64,000 nucleotides of DNA from a virus: positions 1-64,000 of IMG/VR virus record IMGVR_UViG_3300030202_002001, one strand, 5' to 3'. Both the position numbers and the translations under genes were made by a program. Below the pieces are notes generated by a model, which did no database searches, had not been told where the DNA came from, and saw only the letters and a program-made list of their open reading frames with translations. Below are positions 1-8,216 of the stretch, in pieces. The stretch's first letter is position 1; the number at the start of each line of letters is the position of its first letter.

Positions 1-564
1 GGATCAGGTGGATCTGGCGGTGGCGGTGGATCAGGTGGTCCCGCTGGATATAATGGCGGTGGCGGCACTGGCGGTGTAAAGGGCGTAGGTGCTCCTGGCC
101 GTGGGTGGAACTACAAGACAGGCAACATAACTGGTCAACCTGGCACTCCTGGAACCCCTGGAACCCCTGGTGGTGGCGGTGGATCTGGAACACCTGGTGG
201 TAGCGGTGGTAGCGGATCTCCTGGTGGTTCTGGAACTCCTGGAGGCAGCGGACAACCTGGAGGTTCTGGAACCCCTGCAGGATGCTCTGCGGGTAGTCCT
301 GGAACACCTGGTGGTAAGGGTGGAAGTGGACAACCTGGAACACCTGGTGGTAGAGGATCATCTGGTCAACCTGGACAACCTGGAACCCCTGGAAATGCTG
401 GTGGACCTGGACAACCTGGTCAACCTGGACAACCTGGTGGATCTGGTGGAGATTGGGGTCAACCCGCGTTCGGTGGTGCTGCTGGTGGACAGGGTGGACG
501 CGCTGTTAATGGTGACAAGTATCAAGTCATTCCTAATGGTGGAGACATTAAAGTAATTTTCTAA
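1..564 (+). CDS. 3' part of a glycine-rich Gly-X-Y (collagen-like / polyglycine-II) protein; starts upstream of the window
   Basis: Frame 1 is open from base 1 to TAA at 562-564 and reads GSGGSGGGG...GQPGTPGTPGTPG...GQPGQPGQPGG...GDIKVIF. The ORF track misses it because no start codon lies in the window. Confidence 0.85.
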   Translation, partial: GSGGSGGGGGSGGPAGYNGGGGTGGVKGVGAPGRGWNYKTGNITGQPGTPGTPGTPGGGGGSGTPGGSGGSGSPGGSGTPGGSGQPGGSGTPAGCSAGSPGTPGGKGGSGQPGTPGGRGSSGQPGQPGTPGNAGGPGQPGQPGQPGGSGGDWGQPAFGGAAGGQGGRAVNGDKYQVIPNGGDIKVIF

Positions 565-570
565 TTTGTT

Positions 571-1173
571 ATGTCAATCTATCGTTTATGCCCCCCACCC
601 AATTTTGGTATGGGGGAAATCTTGTATGAGTCTTGGGAAGATGGATTTTCACCTGAAGAATGTGATCGAATCATTCATTATGGTGAGTCATTAAATCCTG
701 AGCAGTCTATTGTAGGCCCTGATGAAGAATCACAGGAAATAGAAGAAAGTATTAGAAAGTCAAGAAACTCATGGATTGCATTAAATGAGGATACTGAGTG
801 GTTATATGAAAAACTAGGCAAAATTCTTAGATGTATGAATGGCATGCATTGGAGATTTGATATCACTGGATTCCATGAACATTTGCAGTACACGGTATAT
901 CATGATGACAAATCATTTTATCGTTGGCATGTAGATAATATGTTGCTTGGTGATATGCCACCTAGAAAGTTGAGCATGTCAGTACAACTTAGTGACCCTG
1001 ATGATTATGAAGGTGGAGAGTTACAGATTAACGATGGAAATATACATACAACAGCGAATGATCGTGGAATAGTTACTGTTTTTCCTAGTTATGCTCTGCA
1101 TCGTGTCACACCTGTGACTCATGGGACTCGCCGCTCTCTCGTAGTATGGGCGAACGGTCCTGGGTTCAGATGA
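571..1173 (+). CDS. 2OG-Fe(II) oxygenase, prolyl-4-hydroxylase/PKHD type
   Basis: WHVD (HxD), RKLSMSVQL, YEGGEL, VFPS..LHRVTPV...R.SLVVW match the DSBH oxygenase motifs; this family is common in cyanomyoviruses. Confidence 0.9.
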   Translation: MSIYRLCPPPNFGMGEILYESWEDGFSPEECDRIIHYGESLNPEQSIVGPDEESQEIEESIRKSRNSWIALNEDTEWLYEKLGKILRCMNGMHWRFDITGFHEHLQYTVYHDDKSFYRWHVDNMLLGDMPPRKLSMSVQLSDPDDYEGGELQINDGNIHTTANDRGIVTVFPSYALHRVTPVTHGTRRSLVVWANGPGFR

Positions 1174-1220
1174 CAAACTGGCACACTCAATCCCCCATAA
1201 CCCCTGTCAGGGCCTATAAT
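1164..1220 (+). promoter_or_regulatory. Early promoter cassette, copy 1
   Basis: GTTCAGAT-GACA-AACTGGC(AC), then 32 nt, then TATAAT (1215-1220); ATG at 1227. Confidence 0.7.
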
Positions 1221-1226
1221 AAGGGT

Positions 1227-2405
1227 ATGAAAAACACACACCTTGAGCACCTGGAAGACGAGATCCTGAACAGCGGCACCGCTGGCGGGTTCAATGCTAT
1301 TACCTTCCTTCGTCAGTTCAGTGACCTGTTGTCTGGACAATCTAGCGATCTAAGTATCACTACCAAGTGGGATGGTGCTCCTGCAGTTATTTGCGGTACT
1401 GATCCTGTTACTGGTCGTTTCTTTGTTGGCACTAAATCTGTATTCAACAAAGTCAATCCTAAGATTTGCTTTGATGATACTGATGTTGACCGATTCTACA
1501 ATGGTCAACTTGCTAAGAAACTAAAAGATTGCCTGCAGTATCTGCCACAGGTTAATATTACTGGTATTGTTCAAGGTGACTTACTATACACTGCCGAAGA
1601 TAAGAGAAGCGGTATTGTCGGTGGAAACAGAGTTATTTGTTTCACTCCTAATACTATTACTTACGCTATTGATCGTAATTCCAAGACGGGCAATGTCGTT
1701 CATCTCACAAAGATGGGCATCGTCTTTCACACAGTTTACAAGGGCGATAGTCTTGCAACTGCACAAGTTGTACCGCAAAAACAAGCACCTAAGTATTCTT
1801 CTACTCAAGATGTTTTTGTTGCCAGTGCGAATTTTAATGATGCCACTGGTGCTACTCTATTTGATCAAGGAGATCTCTATACTTTCAATGCACAAATCAA
1901 CAAGGCACAAGGAGCACTGAAGCAGTGTTCTAAGTTTCTTGATATCATCCAAACTGAGGGTAAGTCACAGTTTATGATGAGTATGCTGCTCAAGCGTTTC
2001 TTCAATCAGCGTATTCGTGCAGGCCGTGGTGTTATGAACGCCCGCAAGATTGTTATCGAGTTTGCAAAGTTCTATGAGCAGACTGTTGATACTGAGAAAG
2101 CAAAGAAGAAAACTGTTGCTACTCAGAAAAAGTATGATGAGATGAAGAAACTCGGTCTCAAGTTCATCAGTAAGTATCAGTCACAGTTATATTTCTTGAT
2201 TGCTGCATATATTTCTATCCGTACTGCTAAGAAGATGGTCATCAACCAACTTAACAAGGTTGGCACCGTCAAGACATTTATCGGTCGTGTTCCCACATCA
2301 CCTGAGGGTTATGTTGTTCACAATGACAGTTCAATGATGAAGTTTGTTGACGATGAGTTTCGTCTTGCTAACATCACGGTTGACAAGGCATGGGCAACCA
2401 AGTAG
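1227..2405 (+). CDS. Conserved cyanophage protein (DUF6267-like) with covalent nucleotidyltransferase/ligase motifs
   Basis: Start MKNTHLEHLED lies right after the -10 box; motifs TTKWDG, VQGDLLY, PEGYVV, MKFVD. Confidence 0.7.
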   Translation: MKNTHLEHLEDEILNSGTAGGFNAITFLRQFSDLLSGQSSDLSITTKWDGAPAVICGTDPVTGRFFVGTKSVFNKVNPKICFDDTDVDRFYNGQLAKKLKDCLQYLPQVNITGIVQGDLLYTAEDKRSGIVGGNRVICFTPNTITYAIDRNSKTGNVVHLTKMGIVFHTVYKGDSLATAQVVPQKQAPKYSSTQDVFVASANFNDATGATLFDQGDLYTFNAQINKAQGALKQCSKFLDIIQTEGKSQFMMSMLLKRFFNQRIRAGRGVMNARKIVIEFAKFYEQTVDTEKAKKKTVATQKKYDEMKKLGLKFISKYQSQLYFLIAAYISIRTAKKMVINQLNKVGTVKTFIGRVPTSPEGYVVHNDSSMMKFVDDEFRLANITVDKAWATK

Positions 2406-2439
2406 ACTAACTTTGTCGAAGTTCACCACAATTGTAGCT

Positions 2440-2604
2440 ATGAGTTCAATGAAGTTTGCTGTTGAATGGAAGCGCCAAAAGAACAAAGGTTATTCATCAT
2501 CACAGAGAGCAGTTTTCTTTGAGGATAAGGATGTTCTCTGGTGGATTGATGAGTTAAAAAAACAAGGAATTGAGGAGTATGATATTTTTCCTGTAATGAA
2601 CTAA
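2440..2604 (+). CDS. Small hypothetical protein
   Basis: ATG at 2440 (MSSMKFAVEWKRQK...) fills the gap between flanking genes. Confidence 0.6.
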   Translation: MSSMKFAVEWKRQKNKGYSSSQRAVFFEDKDVLWWIDELKKQGIEEYDIFPVMN

Positions 2605-2607
2605 ATA
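2600..2607 (+). promoter_or_regulatory. T4-type late promoter variant (ACTAAATA)
   Basis: Matches the TATAAATA consensus core, 25 nt upstream of the ATG at 2633. Confidence 0.5.
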
Positions 2608-2632
2608 ACGACGATAGTATATTTCTAAAAGC

Positions 2633-4045
2633 ATGGGAAGGAAAATTGCTGTGATCGGTGCTGGTGCTGACGCTGTTGCTACGGTTGCACAACTTATTTC
2701 TGCCAGAGACATGCAAGATAGCAATTGGCAAGATGATGAAATTACATGGATACGGGATTGCTCGCATAAAGTTGACAACTTCGGGGTGCAAGTCAATTCA
2801 CTTTGGCTTACTGTTATTTCTACGAACACCACAATTAGTACACTCGACTTTCATAAGAGATTTGATGCAACTCAAAAACTTGGATTAAAGTTTATTGGGT
2901 TTGGTAATCGTACTGATAAAAACTTCTTTGTCATGTTCGATCCCACTGAAGTATCCATGCATATTGATGAGGGTAAGTTTGTTGAATTCTATTGGGATAA
3001 TGTCAAAAATCAACATTACAAACTCAATCAAGTTGATAAGCGAGTAGAATCACTCACATTTGAGGATAAGAAAGCATATATTGATGGAGAAGAATTTGAC
3101 TTCGTAATTGATTGTGTGCGTGGCGGATTGTTTGATAAAGATGCATACAAGGATGCGTTATTTAATCCAACTGATACTAAATTAACAGTTAATCGTAAGA
3201 TCCCTGGTGATTGGGATTACACTGCATATATTGCAACTGAGCATGGATATCTGACTGGTATTCCTACACAAGATGCACAGACTTGGGTCTATTCATATGA
3301 CAGTGACATGACAACTGAGGAGGAAGCAGTAGAAGATTTCAATGCACATTGTGCTGTCAAGAAACACTGTTCTTACAAAAAGTTAGAGTCAGATCATAAA
3401 ACATCTGAGTATTGTATTCATGAGAATAGATTATATGCTAGATGTGGACGCGCATTAGGTCTTAATGATGATCTAACTGGGTTTAATAATTATATTGAGA
3501 CTGATATTGGTGAGGCACTGGGTGAGTTTATCTTTGGTGATAATGATAGGCCCTGTAATAATTTGCAGCGTCTTGAAGTAGAAGATAGGTGGAGAGATGC
3601 ACAGATTGATCAAGGATCACTGATGTCATTCTATATGCAGTTTGGTACAAAGTACCGTCAATCTGACTTTTGGATTTCTACTAGAGACAAAGCATGTAGA
3701 CTACTTGAAGATAAGTATTTGCACTCAACTGAGCGTAGAGAAGTATATGAGAAGTTGGAAACTATTCCTGATGAAGAGAACATTAGACTCGATTATTTCA
3801 GACATCAAGCAGAAGCAGATGATAAATTCTTCTTGCGTCAGAGAATGACAGACGAGTCAGATGAACCATATAGAATGATTGGACCTTATCAAAGTTTCTG
3901 TCAAGCAGTATATGGACTTGGCGCACCTTATGCATCTCAATTCCCTTTAATGTCACCATTATGGGAACCTAGTGAGAAAGGTGGTGAGATTGTATTAGAT
4001 TCACTGATGGATGGACACTTCAAGAAGCGTCCTAAGAAGAAGTGA
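2633..4045 (+). CDS. Tryptophan-halogenase-family flavoprotein with degenerate motifs
   Basis: N-terminal KIAVIGAG Rossmann start, DATQKLGLKFIGF, FDFVIDC and TAYIATEHGYLTGIP..YSYDS align with the PrnA/VirX1-type layout; 470 aa. Confidence 0.7.
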   Translation: MGRKIAVIGAGADAVATVAQLISARDMQDSNWQDDEITWIRDCSHKVDNFGVQVNSLWLTVISTNTTISTLDFHKRFDATQKLGLKFIGFGNRTDKNFFVMFDPTEVSMHIDEGKFVEFYWDNVKNQHYKLNQVDKRVESLTFEDKKAYIDGEEFDFVIDCVRGGLFDKDAYKDALFNPTDTKLTVNRKIPGDWDYTAYIATEHGYLTGIPTQDAQTWVYSYDSDMTTEEEAVEDFNAHCAVKKHCSYKKLESDHKTSEYCIHENRLYARCGRALGLNDDLTGFNNYIETDIGEALGEFIFGDNDRPCNNLQRLEVEDRWRDAQIDQGSLMSFYMQFGTKYRQSDFWISTRDKACRLLEDKYLHSTERREVYEKLETIPDEENIRLDYFRHQAEADDKFFLRQRMTDESDEPYRMIGPYQSFCQAVYGLGAPYASQFPLMSPLWEPSEKGGEIVLDSLMDGHFKKRPKKK

Positions 4046-4069
4046 TTCGTCTGTTTCGTTCGCTATAAT
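4013..4069 (+). promoter_or_regulatory. Early promoter cassette, copy 2
   Basis: GGACACTT-CAAG-AAGCGTC, then 32 nt, then TATAAT (4064-4069). Confidence 0.7.
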
Positions 4070-4090
4070 ATGAACAACAACAGATCACGC

Positions 4091-4798
4091 ATGAACGCAA
4101 CTGAAGCAGGACGAATCGCCAAGGCTGAGGGTCATGCATTTGAGCATGATTTGCCATCCTATTTGAATGAATGGTTCGGTGGTGATCATGTTGTTGATGG
4201 TCGTCCACAGACTAAAGTTGACATCTATGACAATGAGACTGCTAATGCATACTCTGTCAAAAATGTAAGCAAAAACCACACACAAGTGGCGTTACTATCG
4301 TCACGCAAGTTTATTGAATACTTCGACCTTAAGGACACTTTTGTTGCTACTTTTATCCGTATGTTCTTTGGTGTTCCTAACAATCTTGGTCAGTCTTTGG
4401 TTCATCTTAAGCATAAAGATCTACCTCTGAGTGACGCTGAGAGACGCCAAAATCGCGTCTACGCTAACAACATCCCGAAACTGATTAGAGACGCCTTCAT
4501 GGACTTCATGAACGCTAATAAGTCCATTATATTTGATATCATCGTGCGTAAGGGTTTAGATTATAACGCTACACCCGTTAATTATATGATTTGGAACAAT
4601 AAAAAGACAGGTGCAATGAAGATTCTTGACATTGATTGTCTTGCTGATAAGATTGATGGCGGTGAGTGGAAACTTAACAACACAACTCTAGAGTTTCGCA
4701 CTGAAGAAGGTAACAAGTTGTTTCATTTACAGATGAAAGGATCTGGCAAAAAATATAATTCAGGTTATCATGGTATGATGTTCCACATTTATCAATAA
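4091..4798 (+). CDS. Restriction-endonuclease-like PD-(D/E)xK nuclease, MspI/HinP1I family
   Basis: G..AK.EG..FE, KVDI, YSVK....TQV, RMFFG, NRVY, LQMKGSG and MMFHI follow the motif order I recall for HinP1I (GSKTAKDGFKNE, KSDI, IQVK...NQI, RHFTG, RRMF, IQRKGGD, LQFKI). ATG 4070 abuts the -10 box, so ATG 4091 is the more likely start. Confidence 0.7.
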   Translation: MNATEAGRIAKAEGHAFEHDLPSYLNEWFGGDHVVDGRPQTKVDIYDNETANAYSVKNVSKNHTQVALLSSRKFIEYFDLKDTFVATFIRMFFGVPNNLGQSLVHLKHKDLPLSDAERRQNRVYANNIPKLIRDAFMDFMNANKSIIFDIIVRKGLDYNATPVNYMIWNNKKTGAMKILDIDCLADKIDGGEWKLNNTTLEFRTEEGNKLFHLQMKGSGKKYNSGYHGMMFHIYQ

Positions 4799-5004
4799 TG
4801 GAAAAGATCACACCCCAAACATATATCGATATGAATGAGGAATTTATCAGAGAGGGCACAATGGTAAGGATTGAAGTTCCTACACAGGAACAAATTAATT
4901 CACGGAAAGATCGTATTGATCCAGATATGCATAAAAGAACTGTAGAACCTAAAGATATGGTTCAGGAAATGTGGGATGCAATTGGAGGAAGACCTAATGA
5001 CTGA
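4798..5004 (+). CDS. Hypothetical protein
   Basis: ORF track; TAATG stop/start coupling with the upstream gene. Confidence 0.65.
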   Translation: MEKITPQTYIDMNEEFIREGTMVRIEVPTQEQINSRKDRIDPDMHKRTVEPKDMVQEMWDAIGGRPND

Positions 5005-5179
5005 AGATTGGAGAGAGGCAACTAATCAGGTTATTGCAAACAATTTAGTAGATAGCATTGGCAAACTATTAAATGCAAAGAGCGTTAGATATTTCAGTTG
5101 TTCTGACTTACATAGTGAGCACAAGAAAATTGAAATAATTTATGATCACAAGCAAAAGAACAATGGCAAAGAATTATGA
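4997..5179 (+). CDS. Hypothetical protein (probable paralogue of 5425-5598)
   Basis: GGAGG SD before ATG 4997; KLL...H.KI.I.YDH.. motif. Confidence 0.65.
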   Translation: MTEDWREATNQVIANNLVDSIGKLLNAKSVRYFSCSDLHSEHKKIEIIYDHKQKNNGKEL

Positions 5180-5432
5180 GGGTCCACTATATGCACCATG
5201 GAGTGCTGTGGTGAAGGGTAGAGGATTTGATCCAATAGAGCGTAGAAAGTATGAATTTGGTGGATTAGAAAGATCCTCTCCTAATATTGCGCGTCTTATC
5301 AGTGAATTAGAAGGGTCATATCATCTGCTTAAATGTCTTGGTTTTAAGGAAGATATGGACCTCATTCAATCCATAAAAGGAAAGTATTATAAACTATACT
5401 TTGGCGCTGTTAAATCAGAAAAACATGACTAG
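5163..5432 (+). CDS. Hypothetical protein
   Basis: MAKNYEGPLYAPW...; tight overlaps with both neighbours. Confidence 0.65.
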   Translation: MAKNYEGPLYAPWSAVVKGRGFDPIERRKYEFGGLERSSPNIARLISELEGSYHLLKCLGFKEDMDLIQSIKGKYYKLYFGAVKSEKHD

Positions 5433-5598
5433 AGAGAATGAAGTTGCCTGGGCCTTACACACTGCGGCAAAACTGTTGGGGGAAGATTATACTATTCAAG
5501 AAAAGACTGTCACCACACGCACCACAATCCATGATGAGGTTGTGATAGAATACAACCATCGAAAAAAGGAAGATGACGCAACTGATTCAACCCAGTGA
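5425..5598 (+). CDS. Hypothetical protein (probable paralogue of 4997-5179)
   Basis: AKLL...H.EVVIEYNHRKK motif. Confidence 0.6.
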   Translation: MTRENEVAWALHTAAKLLGEDYTIQEKTVTTRTTIHDEVVIEYNHRKKEDDATDSTQ

Positions 5599-5773
5599 CC
5601 CCAATTATTTCACATGCACATCACCTGAACCATATGATAGGCATAACTATAGAGTTGTGATGTCAGATAATCAACATGTTGATGTTGATTCATGGGATAT
5701 TGCACAATCAATATGGTTTCAACATCCTGCACGGTTTCTCTCACATATCGAGGTATTAGACAAGAATGACTGA
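5573..5773 (+). CDS. Hypothetical protein
   Basis: ORF track, in operon context. Confidence 0.65.
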   Translation: MTQLIQPSDPNYFTCTSPEPYDRHNYRVVMSDNQHVDVDSWDIAQSIWFQHPARFLSHIEVLDKND

Positions 5774-5924
5774 CGAAGCACAAATGTGGAAAGAGAGATA
5801 TGAATCTCTCAAAAGATGGGTAGAAAATAATATGGATCAAAAAACAGAGTGGGAGCACCCGTGGTGGAGGACAGTTGGCAAAGCGTCTGAAGGGCATGTG
5901 CGGAAGGATATGGATCTGCTATAA
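5766..5924 (+). CDS. Small hypothetical protein (52 aa)
   Basis: Read manually: MTDEAQMWKERYESLKRWVE...; the stop codon lies inside the -10 box of cassette 3. Confidence 0.5.
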   Translation: MTDEAQMWKERYESLKRWVENNMDQKTEWEHPWWRTVGKASEGHVRKDMDLL

Positions 5925-5925
5925 T
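5869..5925 (+). promoter_or_regulatory. Early promoter cassette, copy 3
   Basis: GGACAGTT-GGCA-AAGCGTC, then 32 nt, then TATAAT (5920-5925). Confidence 0.75.
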
Positions 5926-5949
5926 TACAGAGTAATCGAAAGAGACCTG

Positions 5950-7218
5950 ATGCAACTCCGACCCCACCAGCAACGCGCATTGACTGCTATTGCTGATACT
6001 AACAAGGGTTGCGTCTATGTTCCTACAGGTGGCGGCAAAACTGTCATCATGATGGAAGATTGTGTGCGTCGTCTCGATGCTGCTATTGATGCTCAAACTG
6101 TCGTTATTGTTGCTCCTCGTATTCTATTAGCCTCGCAACTTTCTAGCGAGTTTATGCAGTATTTGCAGAATCGTGACGGTTACGAGTACAACAACAATTT
6201 CACTGTGATGCATGTTCACAGTGGTGAGACTGAGCATTTCAAGACTACTAAAGTCGCTGAGATTCAGCGTCATAATGATGTTTGCATGCATGTATGTGTA
6301 CATCAACTGATCTTCACTACTTACAACAGTCTTCACAAGATTGTTGATTCTGGCATCAATGTTGATGTTTTATATTGTGACGAGGCACACAATGCAGTAC
6401 AAAAGAATCACTTTGTCGGTGTTGCTGCAACATCCATGGTTGCATCTAATGCTTATTTCTTCACTGCCACACCAAAGTACAATCGCAATCCTTTTGCTAA
6501 CGGCATGAACAATAAGGTTGTGTTTGGTGATACTCTTGAGACTGTTCCTGCTCCAGAACTTGTCAACAATGGCAGCATCATTCCTCCTGAGTTAGTTGTG
6601 CATGAGACAGAACTTATTCGTAACAAGCACAACGCACATGACATCGATCGTGAGATGGTGCTAGACATCATTGACGAACTTGATGAAGAACAATCAGCAA
6701 AGATTCTAGTTGCTGCTCCTAATACTCGTGTTCTGTGGGCAATGCTATCGCGTACAGACATTCTCGATAGTCTCAACGCTATGGGTTATGATATCTTGCA
6801 TATCACATCCAAGCATGGTGCATATATCAATCGAGAGAAGGTCGGTCGTGACAAGTTCTTTGAGACTTTGACTGATTGGGGCAAAGATGATGATAAAAAG
6901 TTCATCATCTTCCATTATTCTATTCTGTCTGAGGGTATCAATGTTCCTGGTTTGACTCATACTATTTTGCTCCGCAATCTTCCTGTCATTGAGATGGCAC
7001 AGACTATCGGTCGTGTCATTCGTCTACATAAAGATGATGCACAAGATATTGCTGAAGGCAAGATTATCCCTGGTGATCTCGTTAACTATCGTAAATCTCA
7101 TGGTGTTGTGACTGTCCCTCTGTGTGGCAAAGCATCACAGGCAACACGCAATCGTCTACAAAAAGTTATTGAACTCATCTTTGTTGATGGTCTTCCCGCT
7201 CACTCATTCGCAAACTAA
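5950..7218 (+). CDS. SF2 DEAH-box helicase (type III restriction Res/ResIII-like ATPase)
   Basis: Q-motif LRPHQ, Walker A PTGGGKT, DEAH, FTATP, LSEGINVP, QTIGRVIR. Confidence 0.9.
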   Translation: MQLRPHQQRALTAIADTNKGCVYVPTGGGKTVIMMEDCVRRLDAAIDAQTVVIVAPRILLASQLSSEFMQYLQNRDGYEYNNNFTVMHVHSGETEHFKTTKVAEIQRHNDVCMHVCVHQLIFTTYNSLHKIVDSGINVDVLYCDEAHNAVQKNHFVGVAATSMVASNAYFFTATPKYNRNPFANGMNNKVVFGDTLETVPAPELVNNGSIIPPELVVHETELIRNKHNAHDIDREMVLDIIDELDEEQSAKILVAAPNTRVLWAMLSRTDILDSLNAMGYDILHITSKHGAYINREKVGRDKFFETLTDWGKDDDKKFIIFHYSILSEGINVPGLTHTILLRNLPVIEMAQTIGRVIRLHKDDAQDIAEGKIIPGDLVNYRKSHGVVTVPLCGKASQATRNRLQKVIELIFVDGLPAHSFAN

Positions 7219-7379
7219 TGAAGCACAAGCATACAATCTCCTATCAAATTGATGGACACGGCCCCACACTAGAAATGGTAATCCTTGCTGAGGATAGAAA
7301 CATTGCCGAGGAACAATTTACTAATGATGTTCCTAACGGTAGAATCAAAGTCATTATGACTACCGTCCCCTCTACCTAA
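7218..7379 (+). CDS. Small hypothetical protein (53 aa)
   Basis: Read manually: MKHKHTISYQIDG...; TAATG coupling. Confidence 0.55.
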   Translation: MKHKHTISYQIDGHGPTLEMVILAEDRNIAEEQFTNDVPNGRIKVIMTTVPST

Positions 7380-7395
7380 TTCTTCTTTTTTTATC

Positions 7396-7557
7396 ATGTT
7401 TGGAAACAACAATCGTTCTGCTGAAGTGACATTCTATGCTGCTAACACGGGTATGCAAACCGTGCAAGTACAGTGTCAAGATCCACAAGGTGCAAAGCAA
7501 CTAGTTGAGTCTCAATACGGTGATGTTCAAATTATGCGTGTGAACATGAATGTCTGA
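7396..7557 (+). CDS. Small hypothetical protein (53 aa)
   Basis: Read manually: MFGNNNRSAEVTFY...AKQLVESQYG. Confidence 0.55.
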   Translation: MFGNNNRSAEVTFYAANTGMQTVQVQCQDPQGAKQLVESQYGDVQIMRVNMNV

Positions 7558-7801
7558 TAATTATCAGTCATTCTATGCCACTAATTCACTCATATTAGAG
7601 GCAAAGGTCAGTTTTAGTGGTTATGTCAGCAAAGATGGCACAGTTGCCGCTGTGCCCCTTTCAAATAGCAAAAAATTCATTGTTATACACAACGGCGGTC
7701 AATTTAAGACCTGCCGCAATTATCATTCTGCCTTATCTCTCTGCAAAAAGTTAGAGAAGGCCGCCAGTAAACAAACTGGCACAGGAACCCTGCCGCTCTA
7801 G
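7550..7801 (+). CDS. Hypothetical protein
   Basis: ORF track; the C-terminus is encoded by cassette 4. Confidence 0.65.
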   Translation: MSDNYQSFYATNSLILEAKVSFSGYVSKDGTVAAVPLSNSKKFIVIHNGGQFKTCRNYHSALSLCKKLEKAASKQTGTGTLPL

Positions 7802-7818
7802 TGGTGGGGTATTATAAT
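7762..7818 (+). promoter_or_regulatory. Early promoter cassette, copy 4
   Basis: CGCCAGTA-AACA-AACTGGC(AC), then 32 nt, then TATAAT (7813-7818). Confidence 0.75.
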
Positions 7819-7843
7819 AAGAGGGTAAACAAGGGAGAACCCC

Positions 7844-8215
7844 ATGACCCAAACCCTCGCTGAGTTCGCTGCACAACGAGACGCACAAAACACAATCAGA
7901 CTTAATGTCCGTAAGCATACTCTGACTCTGTGTGATCGTTTGATGGAAGATTTCAAGCGTCGTAATAACAACAAAGATGATGGTTATAAGTTTTATATTG
8001 AGTCAGGTCGTAAGTATCACAAAATCATCATGGAAACTCATGGCGGATCTCGTTCCGTGCATGCATTTGTTGATCAAAAGACAGGTGAAGTTTACAAAGC
8101 AGCATCATTCAAAGCACCTGCAAAGATTGTTCGCTATCGTTTGCTTGAGATTGCGTCTCGTGAAGAGTGCTTCAATCGCGCAGATTGGGCAGGTGGTTAC
8201 CTTTACATCCGTTGA
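7844..8215 (+). CDS. Conserved phage hypothetical protein
   Basis: GRKYHKI...SVHAFVD.KTG.VYK.AS.KAPAK.VRY pattern, typical of a widespread phage family. Confidence 0.8.
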   Translation: MTQTLAEFAAQRDAQNTIRLNVRKHTLTLCDRLMEDFKRRNNNKDDGYKFYIESGRKYHKIIMETHGGSRSVHAFVDQKTGEVYKAASFKAPAKIVRYRLLEIASREECFNRADWAGGYLYIR

Positions 8216-8216
8216 T

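Noticed and set aside
170-556. Track ORFs 170-556 (+, LV/LD-rich) and 31-333 (-)
   Set aside because: They are shadow frames of the Gly-X-Y repeat; frame 1 has the coherent protein and stops just before the next gene.
4091-4798. GCGC (HinP1I site) as the nuclease target, or a homing-endonuclease identity
   Set aside because: GCGC occurs repeatedly in the window, and the protein lacks HNH, GIY-YIG or LAGLIDADG motifs.
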